From an uncultured Alphaproteobacteria bacterium (GTDB lineage Bacteria; Pseudomonadota; Alphaproteobacteria; Rs-D84): a stretch of DNA of 64,000 bases. Under the pieces are notes generated by a model. The model ran no database searches. It had not been told where the DNA came from and saw only the letters and a program-made list of their open reading frames with translations. Made by a program: the position numbers and the translations under genes. The stretch is taken from contig CALXLO010000003.1 of NCBI GenBank assembly GCA_944389235.1, positions 1,223-65,222 of the forward strand, in the 5' to 3' direction. Of this stretch, positions 36,914 through 47,576 are shown one piece after another. Positions within the stretch are counted from its first letter, which is position 1; each line of letters begins with the position of its first letter.

Positions 36914-39800
36914 ATATTACTGACTGAGCAGCCGCATTATCCATTTCTTTACGCAATTCTTGATCAAAAGTGGATACTGTCGGCGGCTGCATAATAGAAC
37001 CAACAGAACCACCCCCGCCGCCAGAGCCGCCACCGCCACTGGAACCACCAGAACTGCCACCACTGGAATTACCACCACTGGAACCGCCGCCTGTGTCAGG
37101 CGATGGTTCTGGCAATGGGTCAGTAACAACAACCGGTTCGTCAAAATGTCCCACTACGCTGCCGGAACCAGAATCATTGGAACCACCACTATCACTGGCA
37201 CTGCCACCACGACCAAAGACGATATCACTTGTCGGGGCATAACAAACATTATTTTCATAATATCCACCCAATGCCTGTTCACATTGATACTCATACCATT
37301 GTTCCGAGAATGTACATCTGTCTGTGGCGATATCATACGATGTAAGTGTCGTACCATAAGAATCATTATAACTTAAACACTGGGTCATTGTGGTGTTTTC
37401 CAAGCATGTGCCCCATAGCTCTATCGTGTTGCCACCGTATACCTCGGTATAGAAAGGTAATAAATAATTGTCTTTTCCTGTTCGTTGGGCAATCAGATTA
37501 GTGTCGTTGCCCGAAGCACTTTGCCAATAACCATCATTTTCTTCGCATAAATTGCCCAATAATGTATCCATTTCTTCTTCTACATTATCCAAAATTTGTT
37601 CCAGTTGGTTCATTAATGTATCATCCAAATTATCCAAACCTGTTGAATTGGTACTGTTCAACATACAATTATTCTTTGCAAAATACAGCATATTAGATGC
37701 CAAACTTGAATCCATTTTTCCATCCGCGTTGTCAATAGTCATGTCCCTGATGTTCCCTAATGGTTTATTTCTGCAATTCCATGGATATCCATATTCACCG
37801 CTTGTCGGCGTACACAAATCAGCGACATAGTTATTTACTGCTTCGGCGCAACCTTCGGTAATGCGTGCAGTATCAACAGTATCAACAAAATTCAACAACG
37901 CTGTTAATCCACATCGTGCGGCGGCGGCATCACCTGTTGTGCCATCTGCGGTTTTAATATGGCCATTACCATCAAATTCACAACCGTCAGTATTACCATA
38001 CAATGTTGCACATGCGAGAACCTTTTCTTCACACATTTCACGGGCCGCCATCGCACTGACTGCGCCGCTATATTGTGATGTTGATGTATCAAAATTCTGC
38101 AATTGGCCACTTTGTGTATTATAACATTCCGCCATTGTACTGACGCAAGACATTCTGACTTCTTCTAATTTTTCATCTTGTGCCTGGGCAATTTCAATTA
38201 TTGCCTGGCGCTTAAATTCTGTCCAAACTTCTTCGGCAATATCGCGACATGAATCCAGCGCAGTTTCGGCAAACATACGACGCGAATCCAAGAAACTGTC
38301 AAAGGACGCATTATCACGCAATACATCGCCTGTTGCCCCGGTTGTATCGACCCCAGATAAAGATATCAAGTTTTCTAATTCAAACAATCGCGGTGAATAT
38401 ATTGGCTCGCCCGTTGATTGATTGATATATGCCCCTGTATAATCCAGGCATTTTTCATAATTTGGGCCGCACGCATTGTTTGTTAATATTGCACTGCGTA
38501 CATTTCCGATACATTCATTAACATCAGCGGAATTATGTGAACGATATTCGTCCAGACGCGCTTCGCGTAAATACTTTTCCGCAGTACGAATTGTTTGTTC
38601 CAATTTCTCTTTTTGTGAATTTATATTTTTTTCGTATGTATTGCAATCTTGGGTAATCAAAATACTGTACGCACTGCGTGCCATTGTCATAACCGCATCA
38701 TTTTGGCATGAATCCGCGACCAATTCCATACATTGACGACTGGCTTGATTATATAATTCTTCACCTTCCAGGGTGGATAAATCCGCGCCGCCACCGCCAC
38801 CAAAAATAGACGAAGACGAACCACCACCCCAAACATCGCCCAAATCAGATGTAAAATCAATTATCCCCAGCGACAGCGACATATTCGATGACGACGATGA
38901 CGAAGAAGATGATGAACCACTGCCCGACAGCAAATCGCCAATTTCTTCCAGCATTTGTGCCGCCGCACTGGTATCGCGTTTAATTGCTTCTTCGCCGGCG
39001 GTGGCTGTATACATCGCCGACACTTCGTCAGCAGTCATCCCAACAACCGCCAGATTATTATTTTCAAATTGTGCCAGCATATTTAATGCTTCACTGATAG
39101 TATTTTCTGTATTCCGAAATTCTGAATAACGCGCACTGCAAAAACAGCGTCGATATGTATCGTTTGCATTGGCACATAATTGGTCCATACATGTTGCATA
39201 CGCTTCGCGACATTCTGCGTACCCACCACCAATGGCGGAAATATCAGTAAATATTTCTGTTGGTCGTGCCATCGACGCGCGCGCCGAACCGACAACTGTA
39301 TTACGCGACGCACTGCGTGCCACACCCGTCGAATGCCCAGATGCACCCGTTGGCATCGTCGCACTGCGTACAACCGAACCAGATGTTGCCGCCCGCGATG
39401 TTGCCGCGCGTGAAACACCCGCCGCCGAACTGGAAACAGTTTGGCGATTTGTTGCACTGCGCCCGACAATAACATTTTGTGCCGCGGGCTGCATCGCCGC
39501 CGACCGCGAAACAGTAACAGATGGTCGTGATGTTGCCGCACGGGTTATATTACTGGCTGTATTACGCCCAGATTGAACAGTTGCCCCAGATGCAGATGTA
39601 TTCGTGCTTCCTGTATTCCGCACAACGCGTCCAGCGGTGCGCGGACTGGCCACAGCAGTGGCAGTTGCCACGGTGTTTTGTGTTGCGGTGCCGCCAGTGG
39701 CGCGTGGGTTTGGTGCCGGTTCTGCATACGCCGCACATGCCGCAAATAAAGCCGCTAAAAAAACAGAATTTTTACAAAAAATCCTAATACTAAATTTCAA
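36912..39800 (-). CDS. Large secreted Ser/Thr/Gly-rich, Cys-rich protein (962 aa), likely surface-exposed or exported
   Basis: Signal peptide MKFSIRIFCKNSVFLAALFAACAAYA. N-terminal T/S/A/R-rich low-complexity region (RAATSR repeats). Poly-Ser run SSSSSSSSSS. About 40 Cys in the central region. C-terminal tail GGGSSGGNSSGGSSGGSSGGGGSGGGGG. Confidence 0.7.
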   Translation of the reverse strand: MKFSIRIFCKNSVFLAALFAACAAYAEPAPNPRATGGTATQNTVATATAVASPRTAGRVVRNTGSTNTSASGATVQSGRNTASNITRAATSRPSVTVSRSAAMQPAAQNVIVGRSATNRQTVSSSAAGVSRAATSRAATSGSVVRSATMPTGASGHSTGVARSASRNTVVGSARASMARPTEIFTDISAIGGGYAECREAYATCMDQLCANANDTYRRCFCSARYSEFRNTENTISEALNMLAQFENNNLAVVGMTADEVSAMYTATAGEEAIKRDTSAAAQMLEEIGDLLSGSGSSSSSSSSSSNMSLSLGIIDFTSDLGDVWGGGSSSSIFGGGGGADLSTLEGEELYNQASRQCMELVADSCQNDAVMTMARSAYSILITQDCNTYEKNINSQKEKLEQTIRTAEKYLREARLDEYRSHNSADVNECIGNVRSAILTNNACGPNYEKCLDYTGAYINQSTGEPIYSPRLFELENLISLSGVDTTGATGDVLRDNASFDSFLDSRRMFAETALDSCRDIAEEVWTEFKRQAIIEIAQAQDEKLEEVRMSCVSTMAECYNTQSGQLQNFDTSTSQYSGAVSAMAAREMCEEKVLACATLYGNTDGCEFDGNGHIKTADGTTGDAAAARCGLTALLNFVDTVDTARITEGCAEAVNNYVADLCTPTSGEYGYPWNCRNKPLGNIRDMTIDNADGKMDSSLASNMLYFAKNNCMLNSTNSTGLDNLDDTLMNQLEQILDNVEEEMDTLLGNLCEENDGYWQSASGNDTNLIAQRTGKDNYLLPFYTEVYGGNTIELWGTCLENTTMTQCLSYNDSYGTTLTSYDIATDRCTFSEQWYEYQCEQALGGYYENNVCYAPTSDIVFGRGGSASDSGGSNDSGSGSVVGHFDEPVVVTDPLPEPSPDTGGGSSGGNSSGGSSGGSSGGGGSGGGGGSVGSIMQPPTVSTFDQELRKEMDNAAAQSVI

Positions 39801-39860
39801 ATCTTACATCTCTCTGGCTATATTTTATCATTTTTGCATGACTTTAATCAACAGTGAATT

Positions 39861-40499
39861 TTATTCTATGCAACAATTAACCGCGTTTTTAACCCAATCA
39901 CCCAGCCGACGAACCGCTGATTTAGATTCTTTGATGTTTGGTGCCGGTTCAGATTTTGCATTTTTTGACATTGGTGGCATTTCAGAATCTTTTATTGCGT
40001 GTTCATATACATCTGGGGCAATTTGTTGTACACCTGACAAATCAATCAAATCCATATTTATACCCCAAAACAATGAATACAATTCATACGATTTATTAAA
40101 TAAATCATACGCGTCGCGCGTATTCCCCGCAGACAATGCCTTGGTACCAACCTCCATCACGCGCATAGATGCCGCCAGCAAGTGTTTTGAAATACACCAT
40201 ACTTCACCATTTTCTGCGCTAGATTTTTTTACGATTCGCGACATTAATTCTTTGCGCATATCACGCACAGTATTAATTAAATCATAAAACCCTGTTTTTT
40301 GCGTTTTTGCACCGCTGAAAAAGAAATGTTCTTCCAATGATATTAAATTCATCAGTGCAATAGACAAATCTTGGTCAGATGATAAATCCAGCGGGTTGAC
40401 TTTTTTTGACGCGTCAACCTTGTTAATCATTTCCTGCATTGTCATTTTTTGTGATTTCTTGTCGGATTTTTTTACCGATGTTTTTTTCACAGATTTCAT
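39861..40499 (-). CDS. Hypothetical protein with a Lys-rich N-terminus
   Basis: 212 aa, MKSVKKTSVKKSDKKSQK... No family recognised. Confidence 0.4.
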   Translation of the reverse strand: MKSVKKTSVKKSDKKSQKMTMQEMINKVDASKKVNPLDLSSDQDLSIALMNLISLEEHFFFSGAKTQKTGFYDLINTVRDMRKELMSRIVKKSSAENGEVWCISKHLLAASMRVMEVGTKALSAGNTRDAYDLFNKSYELYSLFWGINMDLIDLSGVQQIAPDVYEHAIKDSEMPPMSKNAKSEPAPNIKESKSAVRRLGDWVKNAVNCCIE

Positions 40500-40524
40500 A
40501 ATTTCCCTTCCTTTTTTTAATTCA

Positions 40525-41037
40525 TCACATGGTTATCAACCAGAATATAACAGTTGCCACAATCAAGAAAGACAATGGTACAACAACTTTCTGAAATGCG
40601 AACTTGGCATGTCCACCATTATCGCGTTTTATCTTGGCATACCAACGCGCGCCTAAATAAAATGCAATCGTGCCAACAATAATCCCCAGCAAGAACTTAT
40701 CAATGCCCCACAATGTTGCCGCACCAAATGTCATGCCAGGTAATGCGTATACCGCCGCCAACAGTCCATAATAAACAATAAACGGAACCACAATCTGCCA
40801 AAAAACACTTTTTACACCATGCTTTTTTAACCACCCCGCCGTCCAAAAAAACAAAGACAAAGTCAATCCGCCGGCCCAAATCCCAGTAATAACATCATCA
40901 ACCCCCAGTAAACGCATTCCTTCCAGTCCGGCACCAACGGCAACAGTGCACACCGGACATACCGCCATCGCCGCCGGTAATGCCAATAACACAAAAATCC
41001 CAGAAAATGCGGTTATACCAAGAATTTTCTTAATCAT
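40525..41037 (-). CDS. Small polytopic membrane protein with an N-terminal CPVC motif
   Basis: Five predicted TM helices. CPVCTVAVGAG sits near the first helix. Confidence 0.5.
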   Translation of the reverse strand: MIKKILGITAFSGIFVLLALPAAMAVCPVCTVAVGAGLEGMRLLGVDDVITGIWAGGLTLSLFFWTAGWLKKHGVKSVFWQIVVPFIVYYGLLAAVYALPGMTFGAATLWGIDKFLLGIIVGTIAFYLGARWYAKIKRDNGGHAKFAFQKVVVPLSFLIVATVIFWLITM

Positions 41038-41092
41038 ATACTGTCCTTTGATTAATGAATATTCAAATATTACAAAAAATCATTTACTGCGG

Positions 41093-41956
41093 TCAATATG
41101 ATTTTATAACACCGCGTAAATGCGCACTGCGCGCACGGGGGTTTTGGGCAATTTCTGTATCTGTTGGGGTCAAAGTTTTTATTTGTACAAATTTTGCCTG
41201 GGCTTGTGTTGGAATGCGCGGGTCGCCTGGTTGTGTTGACCATTTACGAAAAGTCTGTTTAACAATTCTGTCTTCTGTTGAATGAAATGTTATACACAAG
41301 CATTTGCCACCGACATTTAATAACCCCGGCACAGAATCTAATGCGCGCACCAATTCGCCCATTTCATCATTTACCGCAATCCGCAGTGCCTGGAACACAG
41401 GCGCAATATCACGCGGATTATGGATTAAGTTTTTCAATGCAAATGTGGTCTGGGGTTCTGCACTTTTAATTGCACGCGCCAATATCCCAGCCTTTTTAAT
41501 ATCACCAAAATCACGCAATATTTTAGCTAAATCGTCCGATGACAATTCTGCAATTAATTCAGCAGCAGTTTTACCATCGCCCGACATTCGCATATCTAGC
41601 GGACCATCAGCACGAAAAGAAAACCCGCGCGATGGCACATCAATTTGCATAGATGATATACCTAAATCAAAAACGATTATATCAAACTTTCCGTCCAGTT
41701 TTGACATATACGAAAAAGGACGGGATATAAATTCAAATTGATTACCAAATTCAGACTTTATTTTTTCTGCATCTGCGGCAACATTTGGGTCGCGGTCAAA
41801 TGCAACAACCGACGCACCGGCATCTAAAAACGCCCGTGTATAGCCGCCTGCACCAAAAGTCGCATCAACAACATATTTGCCGCGCACATCACCCGCCGCA
41901 TTTATAACAGCATCCAGTAATACAGGTATATGTTTTGTATTGTTATTCAATTTCAA
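41093..41956 (-). CDS. rsmH: 16S rRNA (cytosine1402-N4)-methyltransferase RsmH (MraW)
   Basis: HIPVLLDAVINA, DATFGAGGYTRAFL and NDEMGEL-type motifs. The start overlaps the dnaE stop by 14 nt. Confidence 0.85.
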   Translation of the reverse strand: MKLNNNTKHIPVLLDAVINAAGDVRGKYVVDATFGAGGYTRAFLDAGASVVAFDRDPNVAADAEKIKSEFGNQFEFISRPFSYMSKLDGKFDIIVFDLGISSMQIDVPSRGFSFRADGPLDMRMSGDGKTAAELIAELSSDDLAKILRDFGDIKKAGILARAIKSAEPQTTFALKNLIHNPRDIAPVFQALRIAVNDEMGELVRALDSVPGLLNVGGKCLCITFHSTEDRIVKQTFRKWSTQPGDPRIPTQAQAKFVQIKTLTPTDTEIAQNPRARSAHLRGVIKSY

Positions 41957-44900
41957 CCCTGATTCCTAAATTTATAAAATCTGTGGCGGTTGTTGCCCCC
42001 AATGCAATTCCACCCGGCAACGCCATCGCCGCAACTTTATCCGTCGCATGCAGATTCAATATAACACGCGTTGGTCCATGGGGCAGGGCACTGACCGCTT
42101 TTTTAACATTTGGCAATACCGCCCGGTCATAAATATCCAATGTTATTTTTTTTGCAATTTTCGCAACCCATGTCGTCAAAGGCATAATAGAATCCACAAA
42201 CACAGAAACCCGGTCATCACGACAAGATGTTTTACCAGATATTAAAACCAAACTTTCATTTGATAACATCTGGGCAAAATCAGCCGCCGATTGTCCAAAC
42301 GCCACTGCATCAATATTACCAAAACTGTCAGATGCGTTAATTGTTATCATATCTTTACCTGATTTAGTACGACGGCGTGAAAAAGAACTGACTGTTGCGG
42401 CAATTTGTACCGATTTTCTGTCGCCCAATGTGGCCAGTGTTGCACTGGTTGCCAATTTTGCACGCGCAATTAAATGCTTGTACTGGTCCAGTGGATGTGC
42501 AGATATATAAAACCCCAGTGCAGACAATTCGTTTTCTAAACGCTGGGCAAAAGTCCAGGGTGCGACATGCGGTAAATTTTTTCTTAATCTGTCTTCGGCG
42601 ACATCGTCTTCTATGGTATTGGCGAACAAAGACAATAAATTTGCCCCATCGCGTGATTTTGATGCGTATGATAAAATTGCGTCTGCATTCATGAATATTG
42701 CGGCGCGATTTGGTTCCAAAGAATCCAAAACACCGACCTTGGCAAATGCCTCTAAGATTCTTTTATTTATAATTGGCGCACATCTTTTTGCAAAATCTGT
42801 CAGATTTTTGAATTTGCCGTTTGCACGCCGTTCAGCCACAATCGCATCAGTTGCACTGGTTCCAACGCCTTTGATAGCAGCCAAAGCATAGATTATTTTT
42901 CCGTCGCGTACGGTGAACAATGATTCACTTTGATTAATATCTGGCGCAACAATTTGTATTCCGAAATTTGCCTTGGCATCATCAACGAACAATGCTAATT
43001 GGTCTGTGTCGTTCAGATTACTGGACATAGATGCCGCCAAAAATTCTGGGGTATAATTTGCCTTTAAGTATGCGCATTGGTTCGCAACAATAGAATATGC
43101 GATTGCGTGCGATTTATTAAACGCATACTTTGCAAATTCTTTGAATTTTTCCCACAGTTCTTTTGCCTGTTCGCGATTCAGCGTTTGTTCTTTTTCGCAA
43201 CCTTCATAAAATTTACCTTCTAATTCGTCCAACATTTTGGCGATTTTTTTACCCATTGCCTTGCGCACATTGTCTGATTGCCCGCGGGTAAAGCCTGCCA
43301 ACACACGCGTCAGTTGCATAACCTGTTCTTGATAAACAATAATGCCGTATGTTTCTTTTAATATTGGTTCTGCGCGTGGGTGTACATATTCAACAGCTTC
43401 ATCACCATGCATACGCGCAATAAATTGTGGAATAAACGCAATTGGTCCGGGGCGATTCAGCGCATTTAACGCCGAAATTTCCAAGAAACTGGTCGGGTGC
43501 ATTTTGCGCAAAGTCTGCTGAACAAACGGGGCATCGAATTGGAATATACCTTCGGTCAGACCAGATTGCCATAATTTCATGGTTCTAGGGTCATCTGTTG
43601 GAATCTTGTCTAAATCTATATTGATTCCGCGTGTTTGTTGTATCAAATTTATTGCATACTTTAACACCGCCAGCGTTTCTAGCCCTAAAAAGTCGAACTT
43701 AATTAATCCGGCTGATTCCAAGTAATGCCCATCAAACTGACACGATGGCAGCGCGTTGGCTGGGTCGCGATATACTGGTGCGATTTTTGTTGTTGGGCGG
43801 TCGCCAATGACAACACCGCACGCATGCTGTCCCAGATTACGCAAAGAACCTTCCAATTCTTCGGCGATTGTAACAACTTTATTCATATCTTCGTCTGTTT
43901 GCAACACAGATTGAATTTCTGGCGACGCATCAACAGCGTCTTTTAGTGTTTTGGCATCTTGTGGAATTAATTTAGAAAACCGGTCAGATTTAGAATACGG
44001 TATTCCATACACACGACCAATATCACGAATTGCGCCACGGGCCTGTAAACTGCCGAATGTAATAATGCGGCACACCGAATCATGACCATATTTATCACAA
44101 ATATACGCCAACACGCGTTCTATGCCAGTTGGTTCAAAATCAACATCAAAATCAGGCATAGAAATACGGTCTGGATTCAAGAATCTTTCGAACAGCAAAC
44201 CATATTTTAACGGATTAACATGCGTAATCCCCAACGCCCACGCAACGATAGAACCTGCACCAGAACCACGACCCGGCCCGGTCAAAATATCATTGCGGCG
44301 ACACCAATCAATATAATCTGCAACAATCAAGAAATATCCTGGGAATCCCATATTAATAATGACCCCCAGTTCAAATTCCGCTTGTTCATAATATGGCGCG
44401 GTATCTGTGATTCCGTGCTGCGCTAATTTTTTCGCCAACCCTGACATAGTATGTTCGCGCAACATTTGGCATTCTTGTTCTAAATCATCACCGAATCGGG
44501 GCAACAAAGGCTTTTCGTGTACATTGACCATAAAACCGCAACGATTTGCAATCGCGACAGTGTTTTCTATGGCTTCTGGTAAATCGGAAAAAATTTCTGC
44601 CATTTCGTTTGCAGACTTAAAATATTGTTCCGACGATTTACGCGGTCGTTCTGGGTCAATAACCTTGGTCTGACCCAGTACACAACTAAGTGCGTCTTCG
44701 GCCTCATAATCTTTATTTGTGGCAAATTCAACATCATTTGTTGCGACAATCGGTATGTTTAATTCTGTGGCAATTTTCAAAAATTCTGGTTCTGTTTTGA
44801 TTTCATCTGCCAATCCATGTCGCTGAATTTCCATATAGAATCGGTCGCCAAAAATATCAACAAATTGTTTCGCATATTGCCGCGCCAACGCATCTTGGTT

Positions 44901-45353
44901 ATTTAACACCGCCATGCCAATTGGTCCAGTTTGCGCCCCGGACAAGCAAATTATACCATTATTATGCGCCGCCAGTTCGTCAAATGTTATATATGGTCCC
45001 AAATGATGGTTTTCTGACCGCATATACATAATACGGCTAAGTTCACACAGATTCAAATATCCATCATGATTTTGCGCCAACAAAACTATACGCGACAAAG
45101 CATTTTCCCGCAAGATTTTTGGGTCAGCATTATGTTGATTTAATGTTATTTCCGTGCCGATAATCGGTTGCAATTTGTTTTTTGGCATAACATCAGAAAA
45201 TTCGGCACATCCAGACATCAGATTCGTATCAGTCAACGCACACGCCGGCATATTATTTGCCCGACACAATTCTGGTATATCCTTGATTTTCAAGGTACCA
45301 GCACCGATTGAAAATCGCGAATGCGTACGAAGATGAATGAATTGATTTTCCAT
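41943..45353 (-). CDS. dnaE: DNA polymerase III alpha subunit (start taken at MENQFIHLRTHSRFS)
   Basis: N-terminal PHP domain (HLRTHSRFSIGAG), polymerase core motifs and a C-terminal OB fold. About 1136 aa. Confidence 0.9.
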   Translation of the reverse strand: MENQFIHLRTHSRFSIGAGTLKIKDIPELCRANNMPACALTDTNLMSGCAEFSDVMPKNKLQPIIGTEITLNQHNADPKILRENALSRIVLLAQNHDGYLNLCELSRIMYMRSENHHLGPYITFDELAAHNNGIICLSGAQTGPIGMAVLNNQDALARQYAKQFVDIFGDRFYMEIQRHGLADEIKTEPEFLKIATELNIPIVATNDVEFATNKDYEAEDALSCVLGQTKVIDPERPRKSSEQYFKSANEMAEIFSDLPEAIENTVAIANRCGFMVNVHEKPLLPRFGDDLEQECQMLREHTMSGLAKKLAQHGITDTAPYYEQAEFELGVIINMGFPGYFLIVADYIDWCRRNDILTGPGRGSGAGSIVAWALGITHVNPLKYGLLFERFLNPDRISMPDFDVDFEPTGIERVLAYICDKYGHDSVCRIITFGSLQARGAIRDIGRVYGIPYSKSDRFSKLIPQDAKTLKDAVDASPEIQSVLQTDEDMNKVVTIAEELEGSLRNLGQHACGVVIGDRPTTKIAPVYRDPANALPSCQFDGHYLESAGLIKFDFLGLETLAVLKYAINLIQQTRGINIDLDKIPTDDPRTMKLWQSGLTEGIFQFDAPFVQQTLRKMHPTSFLEISALNALNRPGPIAFIPQFIARMHGDEAVEYVHPRAEPILKETYGIIVYQEQVMQLTRVLAGFTRGQSDNVRKAMGKKIAKMLDELEGKFYEGCEKEQTLNREQAKELWEKFKEFAKYAFNKSHAIAYSIVANQCAYLKANYTPEFLAASMSSNLNDTDQLALFVDDAKANFGIQIVAPDINQSESLFTVRDGKIIYALAAIKGVGTSATDAIVAERRANGKFKNLTDFAKRCAPIINKRILEAFAKVGVLDSLEPNRAAIFMNADAILSYASKSRDGANLLSLFANTIEDDVAEDRLRKNLPHVAPWTFAQRLENELSALGFYISAHPLDQYKHLIARAKLATSATLATLGDRKSVQIAATVSSFSRRRTKSGKDMITINASDSFGNIDAVAFGQSAADFAQMLSNESLVLISGKTSCRDDRVSVFVDSIMPLTTWVAKIAKKITLDIYDRAVLPNVKKAVSALPHGPTRVILNLHATDKVAAMALPGGIALGATTATDFINLGIRVEIE

Positions 45354-45443
45354 GCCACGACAATAGCAAAAAATCACACCCCAGGGCAACCATATTATTT
45401 AATAAAAAAATTTATTAAAAAAAACACCTGTGTACAGGTGTTT

Positions 45444-46226
45444 CTACATAACCTTGCCTTGGGTTGGGTAAAAGGTCAGTTGAATTTTTTGCCATTTATC
45501 AAATTCATTTGGTGGCAACATCTTGAACGGCTGGCATGTATTTATTGCCGAACGAATTGTGTCCAACACATACGCAAACGCCGAATCTGTTTCGGCACGC
45601 GCCGCCGATTCAAACCATACATCACGCACTGTTCCATTACGACGCATTGTTAAATGTGCCACTGCGCGAATATCACCAATATCATTGCGCGTCGTATCAA
45701 TAACCCAACACCGCGTCATTGCAACACGCAACGCATCAACAACCGACACTGTTAATGTACGGTCCAGCGATACAACTTCGCGATTAACACGAACGACCGC
45801 TTTTTTCTTTTTTTGCGGCTGTTTTTGTTCAGTATTTTTTTGTTCGGTGGCATCTGATTCATCAGACTGTGCCGGCGTTTCTGATTCTGACGCAGTATCA
45901 TTAACCAAACTTGGGGTTTCCAGCGGTATTGGTTCTGATTCTGGCACAGGTGTTGGTTCTGGTTCTGGGGGTAAATCAGGTTGCGGTGCTGGGTCATCTG
46001 GGACATCTGATTCAACATCTGCATTTACATTATGCAATATCGTTTCATCGCCAGACACATGAACAGAATCTAAATCTATTTCCAATATTTCTATACGGTC
46101 TGGGGCGACTAATTTTGCACGGTCAACGACAATAACGAAAGATGTCAGCATTAACGCAATCAACACCATGTGTCCACAAACAGACATTAATAAATTTTCT
46201 GATGAAAACCGATTCCCAGTATTCAT
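45444..46226 (-). CDS. tolA: TolA/TonB-family protein. N-terminal TM anchor, Pro/Glu-rich spacer, C-terminal TonB-like domain.
   Basis: Sits in the tolA position after tolQ-tolR. Anchor is VCGHMVLIALMLTSFVIVV. Spacer is PDDPAPQPDLPPEPEPTPVPESEP. Confidence 0.55.
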   Translation of the reverse strand: MNTGNRFSSENLLMSVCGHMVLIALMLTSFVIVVDRAKLVAPDRIEILEIDLDSVHVSGDETILHNVNADVESDVPDDPAPQPDLPPEPEPTPVPESEPIPLETPSLVNDTASESETPAQSDESDATEQKNTEQKQPQKKKKAVVRVNREVVSLDRTLTVSVVDALRVAMTRCWVIDTTRNDIGDIRAVAHLTMRRNGTVRDVWFESAARAETDSAFAYVLDTIRSAINTCQPFKMLPPNEFDKWQKIQLTFYPTQGKVM

Positions 46227-46235
46227 ATTATCGTT

Positions 46236-46637
46236 TTACTTAATTTGTGTTCGCAGACCAACGCGTTGGAATCCTGCATCTTTTAATTGCCCCATCAATT
46301 CCATTACTGCGCCATAATCTGCGGCGGCATCGCCACTTATCATTATCGTCAACTGTGGATTTTCCCCACGCATTGCGATTACGCGTTGAACAGCGTCATC
46401 ACGCGATAATTCTGTTTTACCAACATAGTAATTACCATCGGCATCAACGCTGATTTGAATAGCATGGTCATTACCAGACAATACAGAATTTCCGGCGCGC
46501 GGCAAATCCAGGTCAATACCTGTGGTCATCATCGGGGTTGTTACCATAAACACCGCCAACAACACAGTCATAATATCTATCATCGGTGTCAGCGATATGC
46601 TGGCATCTGTTGCATTGCGATTTCTTCTGCGCGACAT
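46236..46637 (-). CDS. tolR: Biopolymer transport protein TolR/ExbD
   Basis: ISLTPMIDIMTVLLAVFMVT single TM, plus an ExbD/TolR periplasmic domain. Confidence 0.8.
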   Translation of the reverse strand: MSRRRNRNATDASISLTPMIDIMTVLLAVFMVTTPMMTTGIDLDLPRAGNSVLSGNDHAIQISVDADGNYYVGKTELSRDDAVQRVIAMRGENPQLTIMISGDAAADYGAVMELMGQLKDAGFQRVGLRTQIK

Positions 46638-46650
46638 TTTTTATTCCTGG

Positions 46651-47154
46651 TTATTTTTTAGACTTTACAGATTTTAATTCTTTGCATTCTTCGGTTAATT
46701 TGTCATACAAATCATCTGATTTGCGTATAAAATACTGATACGCAATGGCCGCCGGTACCGCCGCAATCAACCCCAGCGCAGTTGTTCCCAATGCAGTGGC
46801 CAAACCCGGCGCGATAACCCCAATTGATACCGACTGATTAATTCCGATTGATGAAAAAGAATCCATAACCCCCCATATTGTTCCAAACAACCCGATAAAT
46901 GGCGCAACATACGATACCATTGATAAAAACCATAAATTTTTATCAAACGGTCGTATTAATTTATCTGCAATCAATGACAGGTTATCACCATTTTTTACCT
47001 TTACTGGATTTTTCTTTTGATAATGCCACAAGCGTATTTTTTCAATAATTATTGCCCATGAAATAACACTGCCTAATACCAATACCAATGATATAAACAA
47101 TGTCATTAAATCGCCCGTGAATAAATTAACCAGCGAAAAACTGTTTGTAGCCAT
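46651..47154 (-). CDS. tolQ: TolQ/ExbB/MotA-family proton channel protein (compact, 167 aa)
   Basis: Three TM helices. Conserved segment GLFGTIWGVM...GVIAPGLATALGTTALGLIAAVPA. Confidence 0.75.
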   Translation of the reverse strand: MATNSFSLVNLFTGDLMTLFISLVLVLGSVISWAIIIEKIRLWHYQKKNPVKVKNGDNLSLIADKLIRPFDKNLWFLSMVSYVAPFIGLFGTIWGVMDSFSSIGINQSVSIGVIAPGLATALGTTALGLIAAVPAAIAYQYFIRKSDDLYDKLTEECKELKSVKSKK

Positions 47155-47192
47155 CTTTTAATTCCTTTCTTTACTGCGTTTAATACTTTGAA

Positions 47193-47573
47193 TTATTCCT
47201 TGATAAAAGGTGCCGCCACGGCATCTGGAATCCGCTTTGGTCGCATATCTGCGCCAATATATGCAGCATTACCATTTAGTATAGCACAAATTTCACCATC
47301 TTTCACGAATTTTTGTTCCACCGATAAAGATGCCGCACCAATCTTTGTAATAACCGTTTCAACCGTAATTGTTTCACCCAAGAACACAGGGTGTATATAT
47401 TTTATATTTAATTCACGAACGACAAATCCGACATCGCCATCTGGGAACCGAATGCCGCGCAACAAATCCATGCGGGCGCGTTCTGCGATTTCAATATAAC
47501 GACCATGATATACTATGCCGCCGGCATCAGTATCTGCGTACGCAATTGCAAACGGAAAACTATGCACTTTCAT
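47193..47573 (-). CDS. ybgC: Acyl-CoA thioester hydrolase YbgC (4HBT fold)
   Basis: FAIAYADTDAGGIVYHGRYIEIAERARMDLLR hot-dog fold thioesterase motif. Confidence 0.8.
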   Translation of the reverse strand: MKVHSFPFAIAYADTDAGGIVYHGRYIEIAERARMDLLRGIRFPDGDVGFVVRELNIKYIHPVFLGETITVETVITKIGAASLSVEQKFVKDGEICAILNGNAAYIGADMRPKRIPDAVAAPFIKE

Positions 47574-47576
47574 TTT

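Noticed and set aside
36960-39787. Multiple ORFs on both strands inside the large secreted protein gene (e.g. 36970..37242 PPPPEPPPP..., 39083..39541)
   Set aside because: These are shadow frames of a GC- and repeat-rich gene. The 962-aa frame has the signal peptide, terminator and consistent composition.
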